This document shows, piece after piece, positions 52,086 to 64,000 of a stretch of DNA of 64,000 nt. The notes under the pieces are model-generated. The model saw only the letters and a program-made list of their open reading frames with translations. It was not told the origin of the DNA and searched no databases. The translations under genes and the position numbers were made by a program. This DNA is from Octopus vulgaris (lineage: Eukaryota), in contig OX597815.1 in assembly GCA_951406725.2 (NCBI GenBank), positions 107,880,001 through 107,944,000 of the forward strand. Direction: 5' to 3'. The number at the start of each line of letters is the position of its first letter. Positions within the stretch are counted from its first letter, which is position 1.

Positions 52086-53929
52086 GTTATATATAAATAT
52101 GTTTATATTATCAGTGTGTGTATTTGTGTATGTGGGTATGATGGTATTCTACAGAGTTTTCAACAACAAAATTCACTCATAAGGCATTAGTTAGCCCAGA
52201 GAGAAACACTTGTCCCAAATATCTGCAGCGGGGTTGAACATGAAACCAAGTAGTTGGGAAGCAAATATTTTAACCACACAGTCACGTTTGCACCTATACA
52301 TTTTAATTTAAATACAAATATTTTAATATTATTGTATGGATTAGTATTAAAAGAGTTACACTATTATGGTTTCTATGAAAAAAAAAATATAATAATCAAG
52401 AAAATATATTCTGAATGAGAACATCTAAGAAGCAATAACAATTTGAAATTATGTAAAAACAGCAATAACAAATAATGTTTGTTATTGCAATAACAAATAA
52501 GATTTGATGTTTTATTAATTCATTCAGAGGAGAAAGTGCAGTAACTGAATTTTGGAGGTCAGTCATCGTGGTCAATGCCCAGCTAGAACATTTGTAAGGA
52601 ATTGTAATGGGCTGGAATGCTTGCAACAGAGTGGATTCTGCTAAAGATATATATGAACCAGCTGGTGGTAATAAACCATATGATGTGTTACAGCTACCAC
52701 CTAAAAATGTATATACCTCCCACCATTCCATTAGATAAATTAAAAGGAAAACGTTTAAAGCAATGTTAACAAAAATGTAAATGCAGGAAAATAATTCTTT
52801 CTAATTTTGGCACAAGGCCAGCAGAGAGGGTAAGCCAATTACTGCAAAGTGAGTAAGCCACCCCCACCTCAACCCTCATCTCAGCTGGTACTTATTTTAT
52901 CAGCCCCTAAAGGATGAAAGGCAAAGTTTACCTGGCCAGAAATTTGAACTTAGAACATAGAGTCAGAATAAATGCTATCAAGCATTTTGCCCAACATATT
53001 AATGATTCTGGTGACTGAATCTATCTGATGGTTTGGATCTATTTTAGAAACTGCAGCTTGACTGCAACCACATGGCAGGAGCTAGCCACCAGTATGTATA
53101 AAATGTTGTATTTCTTTTGTCAACTATTTGGATAATTTCATCCGTAATTTATCAACTCACTATATTAAATACATATTTAGTATGTAGAATACTTTCCTTT
53201 AATATTTATACTCAACCATATTGTTGAAATTCATTATCAGAGTCAATATATATTGACCTCTCTTAGTTTTCCCAACTGAGCAGAATATATTTCACCAAAA
53301 AGATCAAATAAAACCAAAACATGTCTCTTGCTTTCACCAGCTGGTTTTAACATGCCAGCTTCTTAGCTTCATTTTTCATTTTATCACAAGGTCCTAAGAC
53401 AATATTTTAATATCTTAATTAATTTAGATATAAATGCCATAATATTTTTTTCACTATATCATATGAAAGGCAAGTTCATCCTTTAACTGATTGTTTGATT
53501 AATCATTTGGTCCATCAATCAATCAGTTAAGAATGATCAATCAAATGATCAGTTGGATAATCGTTAAATGGTAAATTAATAATAATAATAATAATAATAA
53601 AAGAAATGAAACTGAACCATTAAATATGTTTGTTATTGGTATTATGATCTTCCCAAAATACAAGCTTAAACAATAGCTATTTATATTATCATTATTTTGA
53701 TGATTAAGTCAAAAGAAGTAAGGCAGCACATTCAGTTCTTTTCAGAGCTTCAATGACTCATAGTAGGATTATGTCTATGGATGAGAGATCAAATCCAAAT
53801 ACTAAAAACATTTGGTAGATTCCATTAAAAGCTTTGCCAATAAAAAAAAAATGAAGTCTTTTTATATTCCTTAATTTCAAAGATGCAGACACTCAAACAA
53901 GCAATCAATCAACCATTATCAGTATCACT

Positions 53930-53964
53930 ACCACCATCACCCTCCTCCTCCTCCTCCTCCTCCC

Positions 53965-54002
<38 letters not shown>

Positions 54003-54136
54003 CCATCATCATTATCATCATCATCATCATCATTAGCATTGTCGTTGTCATCATTGTCACCAACACAGCCACCACCACCACCACCACCGCCACCACCACC
54101 GCCACCACCACCACCACCACCACCACCATCATCATT
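53930..54136. repeat. (CCT)/(CAT)/(CCA) trinucleotide field
   Basis: Directly visible; it produces the poly-S/P ORF. Confidence 0.9.
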
Positions 54137-54370
54137 ATTTTATCAGTCACCTTTCCATACTTCATGGGTCAAATGGAATTCATTGAAGCAGGTTTCCTTC
54201 AGCCGGATGCCTTTCTTTTCATCAATTCTCACCTTTTACCAAGCAAGGTAATATTTCCTCATGGATAGAAAATGAATGGCATCACTTATGAGATGGTGAT
54301 GCTCATTTAGAATCATCACATGATGCCAAGACAAGCAGAGAAACACACATACAAAGACACACACACATAC

Positions 54371-54584
54371 AGGTGCAGGCATGGCTGTGTGTTTAAGATG
54401 TTTGCTTTCCAAAGACAGTTTTGAGTGTAGTCATTCTGCATGCCATCTTGGGCAAGTGTCTTCTGCTATAGCCCTGGGCTGACCAAAGCCATGTGAGCAG
54501 ATTTGATATATGGAAACTGAAAGAAGCCCATTGTTAATTTATATATCTGTATATATATATGTGTGTGTATGTGTGTGCATGTGC

Positions 54585-54620
<36 letters not shown>

Positions 54621-54900
54621 GTATCTGTGTGTCTGTATCTTTGTGTCTGTGCTTGCATCTCTTTGTTAGTTGTAAATGAATGTCATTTATTTCCAATCAT
54701 CATCATCATCATCATCATCGTTTAACTTCTGCTTTCCATGCTGGCATGGGTTGGACAGACTCAGTGTTTTTTATGTGGCATGATTTTTACAGCTGGATGC
54801 CCTTCCAAATGCTAACCGTGTTACAGTGTGGATTGGATGCTTTTAATGTGGCACTAGCACTAGCAAAGTAACCAAGTAACTCACAAGTCTAGGAATTATG
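54371..54900. mobile_element. SINE A 5' part (+) and SINE C 3' part (-)
   Basis: GGCATGGCTGTGTG...GGAAACTGAAAGAAGCCC, then (CAT)n CGTTTAAC...GGATGCCCTTCC. Confidence 0.75.
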
Positions 54901-55759
54901 AGAGGGGCAGGGCATTTGAAGAGGGGAACTTGTGTCAGAGGATGAAAGGTTAGAGAGTGACAAAGGGACAGAGAGACAGAAGCAGGTGTCTTGCCACAAC
55001 AGAGGGGTCATTAGAGGAGGTGATCCAGCATCAAATGATGAAAGGTTAGAGTATAACAGAGAAATAGAGAGGCAGAAAGAGGCGTCTTGCTATAGAAGAG
55101 GTACATGATTACCAAGTGAGTGAATGAGAGAGAGACAGATAAAAAAGATAGAGAGTGTGAGAGAGAGAGATACAAGAAAGAGGCCAGAAACAAGTGTGCT
55201 GATGTAAAGGAGAAACTTGGTTAATTAGAGGAAAAACAAGAGAAGTAGAGAGAGTGACCAAAGGGAAAGAAAGATAGAGTAGCAAACAGCAAAAGTATAA
55301 GGGAGAGTAGAAGAAAGATGGTATAGTGCTAGGGTGTACTCACAAGTAACAAGAATATGAGTGTAGAACCTGGTTAGAAAAATAGAGTGTTGGGTTATGG
55401 GTGTTGGGTGTGTGAGGAGCAGCGATACAGTGAGCAGGGCAGTGAGGGCAAGAAAGAGGATTGGAAAACAATCATAATTTATGAAGAGGAAATGAGAGGA
55501 AGAGAAAGACGCAGTTAGAAGAGGAGATGTAGTTTGATTTCTTAGGGTAGAGTGGGTGAAAAGTGTGTTGTTACATGTGGGTGGGACACAACTCTTCTAG
55601 CATGGTTTCTACAGCTGGATGCCTTTCCTAACACCAACCACTCCAAGAGTGTAATGGGTTCTTTTTATATGCCACTAGCATGGGTGCCAGTTACATGGCA
55701 CCAGCATCAGTGACAACTACAATTTCACTTGGTTTGACAGAGTCTTCTTAAGCATGGCA

Positions 55760-55960
55760 TATTCTTTTCTACTCTAGGCACAAAGCCCAAAAATTTTGGG
55801 GAGAGGGTCAGTCATTGAGATCGACCCCAGTATACAACTAGTACTTAATTTATTGACCCCGAAAAGATGAAAGGCATAGTCAACCTTGGCAGATTTGAAC
55901 TCAGAAATACTGCTAAGCATTTCGCCCAGCATGCTAACATTTCCACCAGCTCACTGCTTT
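55760..55960 (-). mobile_element. SINE family B
   Basis: GATGAAAGGCATAGTCAACC...TTTGAACTCAG...CAGCTCACTGC. Similar decayed copies at ~1410, 20760, 40700, 52800, 58675, 61105 and 63640. Confidence 0.8.
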
Positions 55961-56706
55961 CATACATGACATATTGGCCCAGCGTTCAAAGGGTGCTCTG
56001 CACATGCCACTGGCATAGATGCTGGTTACATGACACTGGCATCACCCATGACACACACACACACAATAGGCTTCTTTTAGTTTCCATCTTTTAATTTCAC
56101 TCACAAAGATCTGATCAACCCAAGATTATAGTAGAAGACACTCGCCCATTTGCTGAGCTGTGGGACTGAACCCCAAACTGCATGACTGAGAAGCAAGCTT
56201 CTTAGCCATACACCCAATGAAATGGTACAAAAAACAAAGCACCAAATATTTTGGTAGCAGAATACACTGGATGAAAGAATGCTTGTAGGAGGTTAACAAA
56301 ATTTGACTAGCAGCATTAGTTGGATTAAAATATATATGCAATATCCTGTTAGAGAGCTGGCAACAACTAAGTGATCCACCATATAAATTATTAATAAAAC
56401 TTGGGTAGCTGACATACTTTTGCAAGAGCTGCACCGACTGAAGAAAAAATCTATGTATGAATATTATGCTAATTATATAACAAATTACATTAGCATACTA
56501 TTGAAACAAAAATATTGCTTGCACTATTGAAAATGTAGAAGTATTTCTTCTTTGATAACCTATTTTGAATGATTATTTTTGTCCATTTATGTTTTTTTAT
56601 TTTTTCTATAATTTATTTGCTATACATAATATTGAGGCCAATTACCTTCACAGTTCTTCCAGGAAAAATCAGTAGCTAGATGTCTAGGTTTTTATCTCTC
56701 TCTGTT

Positions 56707-56743
<37 letters not shown>

Positions 56744-57226
56744 CTCACATACAGATACACCATTCACACATTTACTAACATGTATGTAACATATAAGTAG
56801 ACATATATGTGTATTTTGTGTGTGTGTGTGTGTGTGTTTATACATACATACATACATATATACACACCTACATATACTCACCCACACATACATACACACA
56901 TATGTATTATATCCATATATACACACACACACATACATACACATACATACATATATATATATGTATGTATGTATATACGTATGTATACACACACACACAC
57001 TCATCAGACACATGTAGATATAAATATGTGTTTATATACTACATTCATATATATTCATGTGCTTGACAAACCAATATAGACTCCCTCTCTCTCTCACACA
57101 CACATACATACAGTTGCACACACACAATACATACAGTTGCACACACACACAATACAAACATTCACACACTCACACACACACACACACATACATACAGTTG
57201 CACACACACAATACATACATTCACAC

Positions 57227-57259
<33 letters not shown>

Positions 57260-58210
57260 AACGTGCACCTACACATACACAGTCTAATGCAAGCACATAT
57301 AAAAGTACACTCATGTATTTGAAGTAAATTTCATTTCACAATTAAGATTCTGGAATAGAATAATAAATATAGCACAAAATCAATAAGATATTTTAAGATA
57401 TTTTTTGATGGAGAGAGAAAAAAGAGAAATTATATTGTCTATCTATATAAATGTCATGATTGGAATTTATTCAATAGATACATTCACTTAGTGTACTCAA
57501 AAGTGAGATATTTGTCTGGTCAACAAGGCGTTAGACTCTACAAGAGAATGAAAGCAATTGCAAAATATGTGCCAGAGTTGAGATATTAAATCAACTGTCT
57601 GCTTAATGTCCATTAGAGAAATGAAAATGTAATACTGCTAAAGTATAGCATCGTCTATAAGACAGACCTAATGTCTCTACAGTTATTTTCGTTGCTTTCC
57701 AGAGAGCTGCATGTTTATCCTTTCTCGAACATTAAACTGAATAAAGTTATTTTAGATGCGATTTTGAAAATATTAGATTTAATTTGATGTGATTAAGATG
57801 TTTGTTGTCACAACTAGTTTAGGGTCGTGGATGTTTCAGTTTACCTAAATTACTGCATTTTCGTTTCTGTAACTAAACTTATTTCAGTCAGATGTTATCA
57901 TAATTTGACTATAATTCTTTGTAATTGTGAGCCATTTGACTGTGGTGACCATGCTAGAGCATTGCTTTCAAAGGTTTTAGTGAATGATGTTGCCCTCCAT
58001 ACTTATTTCGGTCTGCTACTTATTTTATTGATTTACATTTGTTGAACTGCAAGGTTATGCCTTTTCATACAAGACCAAAAATATGGATATGGACAAGAGC
58101 ACAGGCATACATAGACATGCACAATCATATACATGCATACGGACACGTGGTTATATATGCATATATATGCATACATATATATGAGTATACATACGGTATT
58201 GTATATACAT

Positions 58211-58252
<42 letters not shown>

Positions 58253-60157
58253 AGAGAGAGAGAACATAATTGATTGTCTGCTGCTGAATACACCCACTTG
58301 CTAGATTTATATGTTGCTAACATATAGCTCCATTTGCTGAAATTAGTCAGCTGGTCGAGATTCGACTGTTTAATCAGCACCTGATGAGACTAGCAATTCA
58401 TATAATGAATGATGTAATCTAAAATAGTTTTCATGACTAAATTACATAAAGACTCCTGGTGAAACGATTGTCACAATATTTAAACTTCATTCATCTGTTA
58501 TTTATTATGATAATGGGAATGATGATGATGATGATGATGATGATGATGCAAGATCATGAGGTTCACAACTGTAATTGTGATCATGATGATTAGACTATAC
58601 AGCATTTGGATTCATTGACTATAAACATTGCATTAAAATATTAACTCCATGCCCATTTGTAAAATAAATATTGGTTTCAAATTTTGGCACAAGGCCAGAA
58701 ATTTTGGAGTAGGGAGTTAAATCAATTATGTTGACCCCAGTGTTCAATAGGTATTTCTTTTATCAATCTTGAAAGGATAAAAGACAAAGTTAACCTTAGC
58801 AAAATTTGAACTCAGAATGTAAAGACAGACAAAAGGCTGCTAAGCATTTGCCTGGCATGCTAATGATTCTGTCAGCTCACTGCCTTATTTTTTATAAAAT
58901 GAATATTGAAAATATTTTTTTTATTTGATATTGCAAGTGATGTACTGTTGTATTGTAAATTAAAGATTTTCAACAACATAATCATTGATTGACTACATAA
59001 ATTTCTAATGTCAACAGTAGTAAAGAAGTGTCTGGACTTCATTGGAAGATCATAGGATCTTTTAGTTTTCTAGCTGAGGTTATAGAAGACACTAACCCAC
59101 AGTGCCACAGAGTGAAATTGGATCCAGAACCATGTGAATGTGAAGAAAACTTCTTAGCTTTATGGTTATGCTTATATCTAAAACTGGATAAAATATGTAT
59201 GTATCCTTTGCTAATACATAATAGAAAATAATAAGTGCATGCATATACACGTATGATATACACATATGATAGATTCTGACACATTCTCTCTGCTAAATTT
59301 CACTCACAAAAGATGCTCAACCTAAAGCTATAGCAAAAGACAATATCACAAGGTACTACACAGTAGGATCAAACTCACTACCACATGACTGTAAAGTGAT
59401 TTCCTGAATGTCACCATTAAGCCAGTGGCCTCAATATCATAGTAATAGTTAAACAGGAATCAGGGCCAGGAACTTCCATGATGCTAAAAAGATCTCGAGA
59501 CGCTGGAGACGAAATAAGTATAAGGTATAACTATAAATCCTGTGCAGGAACCAATGCTATTTTTCACTTTTTTCTTGTCCTTTTCTCTCTTTACAATATA
59601 AGTATAAATATTCAGTTTAAGATTCTGTTTATTTATTTTTCTTGTTTAAGGTAGAAATTTAACCAGCATTGAAGAATAAAGAACAGGACACATTCCATAT
59701 AAATAAATTTAAACTCATAAGCAGTATTTTCTTTGAAATAAACAAAACAATGTAAATTAATGCTAAAAATATTGCATTATATCAGGAAAATAATTTTTCA
59801 ACTTTTAGAAGGCAATTATGATATCAAGAACCTTACTGAATATTCACTCAAAAGCTGAATGGTTTCAAAAAGATCAATATAAGTGATTATCATGGTAATG
59901 CTTGTAGAAGAAAGGTTAAAAGCATGACTTTTTGACTTACGTTCTTGAAATTGAAATATAGTAATAGCACTGGGGTTGGTTTGATGGTTGAAGTATAATA
60001 GTTTGAAACCTTTTCATTGATTCCAATTCTTTAAAATAAAAGTTAAATTTTTGAAAAAATATTCTTTTTAAAGGTCTTACATTTAAATATAACATTTATA
60101 CAATTTATGGTAATTGATGCATGTGTTATTGATGATTGCTGCTGTTCTTAATAATGA

Positions 60158-60412
60158 CCAACCAACCAACCAACCATCCAACCAACCAGCCAACCAACCA
60201 ACCAACCAACCAGCCAACCAACAAACCAACCAACCAGCCAACCAACCAACCAACCAACCAACTAACCAACCAGCCAACGAATGAACGAACCAACCAACCA
60301 ACCAACCAGCCAGCCAACCAACCAACCAACCAACCAACCAGCCAGCCAGCCAACCAACCAACCAGCCAGCCAACCTACCAGCCAGCCAGCCAGCCAACCA
60401 ACCAACCAGCAA
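60158..60412. repeat. (CCAA/CCAG)n microsatellite
   Basis: Directly visible. Confidence 0.95.
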
Positions 60413-60519
60413 ATTAATCATTAAGTGGGAAATGATATTTTCCCCATACTGAAAGAAATAACTGTAAACTGGGTTATTAGCATACAGGTCCCCCAGTAGG
60501 CCCAGTAGCTGGTGGCTCA

Positions 60520-60700
60520 TAAAAAACACCCACTACACTTTTGGAGTGGTTGGCATTAGGAAGAGCATACAGCTGTAGAAACCATGCCATATCAGATTGA
60601 AACCTGGTGCAGCTCTCCAGCTTACCAGTTTTCAGTCAAACCATCCAACCCATGCCAGCATGGAAAACAGACATTAAATGATGATGATGATGATGATGAT
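60520..60700 (+). mobile_element. SINE family C 3' part
   Basis: GAGTGGTTGGCATTAGGAAG...CCAACCCATGCCAGCATGGAAAACAGACATTAAATGATGATG. Confidence 0.85.
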
Positions 60701-61008
60701 TAACTGTCAGAAGATCAGTCTAAAGTTGTTGCCACTACAGATTTTACTGCAGTTGCTATGGCTGTTGTGTATTTACCAATGTACGTTTTAGCTAGATACA
60801 ACTTTCATTTTAATGGCTTTACCAAGGGAAGAAGGTCAATATCCCTGATCCTTCTCAGAGACACTGTGATAGATAGGAGGAAAGTAGGAAGTTATCCTCA
60901 GACCAAAGACCTAGCTGAAATATTCTGAGACATGGAGATGGTACTAAACCTAAAAATGGATTAAATCTGTTTTTCAAAACCTTACAACAGTTGCTGCTAT
61001 TGTTATTG

Positions 61009-61850
61009 TTATTGTTTAGTCCCAAGTCAACTCTAATGGAATAGACCTGACTGAATAGACTTATGGTCAAAGGAATTTCAGCTATGACAACTCTGTCACA
61101 ATGGCTTCAAAGTTTGGCACAAGGCCACCATTTTGGGAGATGGGCTAAGTCAATTACATCGACCCCAGTCCTCAACTAGTACTCATTTTATCAACCCCCA
61201 AAAGCAAAATCGACCCCAGCAGTATTTTAAATCAGAACATAAAGATGGACAAAATGCTGTGAAGCATTTTGTCTGGGTTGTTAATGATTCTGCCAGTTCA
61301 TTACCTTGCCATCTTGTCATATTAATAGTATGTCTTGAAATGTATACTTTTGGCAATATGCATTTGGCTGGCCATCTGAAAAAGGTTCAGGGTGGTTGAT
61401 GAATTTTAAACTCCTGAGGATAGTCTTTAAAAACTTGTCACTATATATGTGGGAAGACTGAATTTCCTGCAGGTTGCACAAAGGAAATTCAAACATCTGT
61501 AGTCAAATTACAGAATGTGAAAGATAATATCCAGTACTGTCACTTTGGAATGCATATTCTCAGAACTTAGTGAGGTACATAGATCCTCACTGCATCTCAT
61601 ATAAACCTTTGGTCATCTCAGCCTGTCTTGCTACCAGTTCAAAAAGTCAGTGATGAGAAAGTGAGGCTGGTCATCAGAGTACAGTCCTTCCTTATTGTTT
61701 AGTCCCAAGTCAACTCTAATGGAATAGACCTGACTGAATAGACTTATGGTCAAAGGAATTTCAGCTATGACAACTCTGTCACAATGGCTTCAAAGTTTGG
61801 CACAAGGCCACCATTTTGGGAGATGGGCTAAGTCAATTACATCGACCCCA
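61009..61850 (+). repeat. 159-bp exact non-tandem direct duplication
   Basis: 61009-61167 equals 61692-61850 (offset 683). Confidence 0.9.
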
Positions 61851-62569
61851 AGTGCAATGGAAGTCAAGATTAAACTTTTCAAATGACAAGCAGATAGTGG
61901 ACATTTCATTGAGATTTTGGGGTATCACATGTGCCTGGAATTTTGAAGCATTGCCATTTCCATAGTTTTCTCACATAGAACTTGTAAAATAGGCAGGTGC
62001 AATCATTATTCTTTGGTTGTGCATGTTGCTGTGTTCTTCATTACTGGAATACTTTAAGGCATGTTGTCGGTGTCAAGAATGTGAAGTTTTGATCATTGTT
62101 GTAAATGGACAAGGTGATGTGTAGGATTACATTGACCAATGTGCCCATTCCTTTTTCTTGCAGATTAAGTGAATGATAGAGACTCTTTATTATTACTAAT
62201 GCTGCCGTTGTACATTGCCAATGCTTTATTTCCATCACTTTTAGATATTTTACTCCTACAAATATATGTATTTCTCTCTATCCTGGAGTCACATTTTTAA
62301 TCACTATGCTTTGAGCCAATGAGGAAGTTTCTATGAAGCCACTCAAATAGCTAGAAACAACAGCCAAATTTCCTTCAGGGTTAATCCAGGGCGAACAAGA
62401 AACAGCTATGTCATCATCATATCAAACAATCATTTATTCAACATATGGTGATTATGTAATGCTAAAATAAACTCAACAATTATTGATGGAATTTTCAATT
62501 AGTGCAATATGTACTACTTCTTTGTTTTTTCTTGAGTTGCCACCATTCTTTATCTTAGTCTTTTATCTT

Positions 62570-62920
62570 TTATCTTTAATTTGCTTCAGTCTTGGACTAT
62601 GGTAATGTTTGAAGGGTTTAATGGAACAAATCAACCCAAGTACTAAGTTCTTTTTTTTTTTTTTGGAAGTCTGATTCTTAATCTATCTGTCTCATTTGCC
62701 GAACTGCTATGTTACAGGGACATACACAAACCAATACTGATTTTCAAGTGGAAGATGAATACAAACACAAAGACATACAGTTTCTGTCAACCAAATTCAC
62801 TCAAAGGCATTAATCAGTCTGGGGCTATTGTAGAAGACACTTGCTGTAGGTACTGCACAAGGGGATTGATCTCAGAACTACATGGCTGCAAACTAAATGT
62901 CTTACCATAACAGCTGTACC
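62570..62920 (-). mobile_element. SINE family A, old copy
   Basis: Recognisable GCTATTGTAGAAGACACTTGC and CAGTTTCTGTCAACCAAATTCACTC blocks. Confidence 0.7.
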
Positions 62921-64000
62921 TGTCTGTGACTATATAGAAAATTTATTCTAAAGCAATATGGAATTTCCTGCATGTTTTTATTTCCACATTTTGCATCCCT
63001 TCATAGATAAGACTGTCTCAATGTTAGTAATTTAAATAAATTAATACAGTGCTAGCTGGCACTGTTATACAGAGATCAGCTCATGGGTTACTAGAAATGA
63101 AATGAATATCATTAGGGTATTATCCAAGATATAACATCAATAAATATTATTTAAGACATAGAAAATAGAAGAAGCTTGACTTCTCAGAGTTATGGGAACA
63201 ATCAATCATCTCGTACTGGGGCAAACAAAATAAAATACAGTAGCTTGTTTTAGGAAAACAAAGCATTACTTCTGGTATTATTTGATCTCATCAGTCATTT
63301 CTGTTCTAAAGCTTCACTTTTTAACCTTTATAATGACAGCATAACAAATACAAGGTTGTAGCTGTGGCCATCTTTGTTACATCAAATATATGTTTGACTG
63401 CAATAGTTTCAGACTTCTAACTTTCAAACCTAAAATAATGTTGCTGTTTCAGTTGTTAAAACTGTTGTTGTTATTGTAGTAGTGGTAGTTTTTTGTTATG
63501 GTTGTTGTTGTTTTAAGTACAAGTCTGTTCTAACAAAACAAACTTATGATTAGAAACATTACGTCTCTGATCGTCTGGCATTTTGATTCTAGGAACAGTG
63601 TACCTCTGACTACATTATCTAATGTGACTAGGAGAGAGGGCTAGTCAAATGCAGTGACCCTGGTGCTCAACTGATACTTATTTTGTCAATCCTGAAAGGA
63701 TGAAAAGCAAAGTTGACCTTGGTGGAATTTGAACTCAGAACATAATAAAGGTGGATGAAATACTGCTAAGCACTTTGTCTCATGTCAGTTGAGTTGACTA
63801 TAGTTGTCCTTGATCCTTTTTATATGGGGCCTTGTAACTAAGGTAGAAATTATTATTATTATTATTATTATAAACATCACACAGTATACAATATCATGAG
63901 GTTGTTGATTGAAGATACTGTGTCTACCGGGGAATGTACTGTTTGTTAAATTACAAGGACTTCAGGCAGACAGTACTTTATGCAATATTTGTGCAGTTCC

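Noticed and set aside
53883-54251. Formin/extensin-like poly-Ser/poly-Pro ORF
   Set aside because: Pure trinucleotide repeats running into SINE-like sequence.
59474-59526. CpG-rich patch resembling an HHR (ATGATGC...GAGACGAAA) or a small exon
   Set aside because: The core is degenerate, stem I does not pair and no protein similarity was recognised.
61400-62240. Possible LINE RT remnant on the minus strand (NASK-like motif)
   Set aside because: Too decayed to assign by eye.

Overview
Eukaryotic, AT-rich, repeat-saturated DNA with no recognisable host gene. The SINE repertoire and microsatellite density suggest an octopus (coleoid cephalopod) intron or intergenic region; this is an inference. 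Nearly all listed ORFs are microsatellite translations. The real protein homologies are decayed transposons: four mariner transposase copies plus a mariner-derived MITE, RTE, CR1/L2 and R4/Dong LINE fragments, two Penelope-like GIY-YIG relics, and non-autonomous Helitrons. The main unannotated signal is a dense set of short (about 180-570 bp) non-coding elements, mostly unrelated to each other in sequence and mostly sitting in (TA)n tracts. Each carries a minimal type I hammerhead ribozyme (HHR) motif. They occur as near-perfect palindromes with opposed HHRs, as ~340-360 bp partial tandems capped by an inverted end, or as monomers. Several HHR cores are non-canonical (U3-A8 covariation, U3.G8, C4, C9). 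These look like Penelope pseudo-LTR or retrozyme-type elements, and candidate autonomous partners lie in the same window. Other notable items are two convergent Helitrons sharing one terminal palindrome, a twin-primed RTE insertion, and three short local templated duplications. All structures were read by eye and no search was run.
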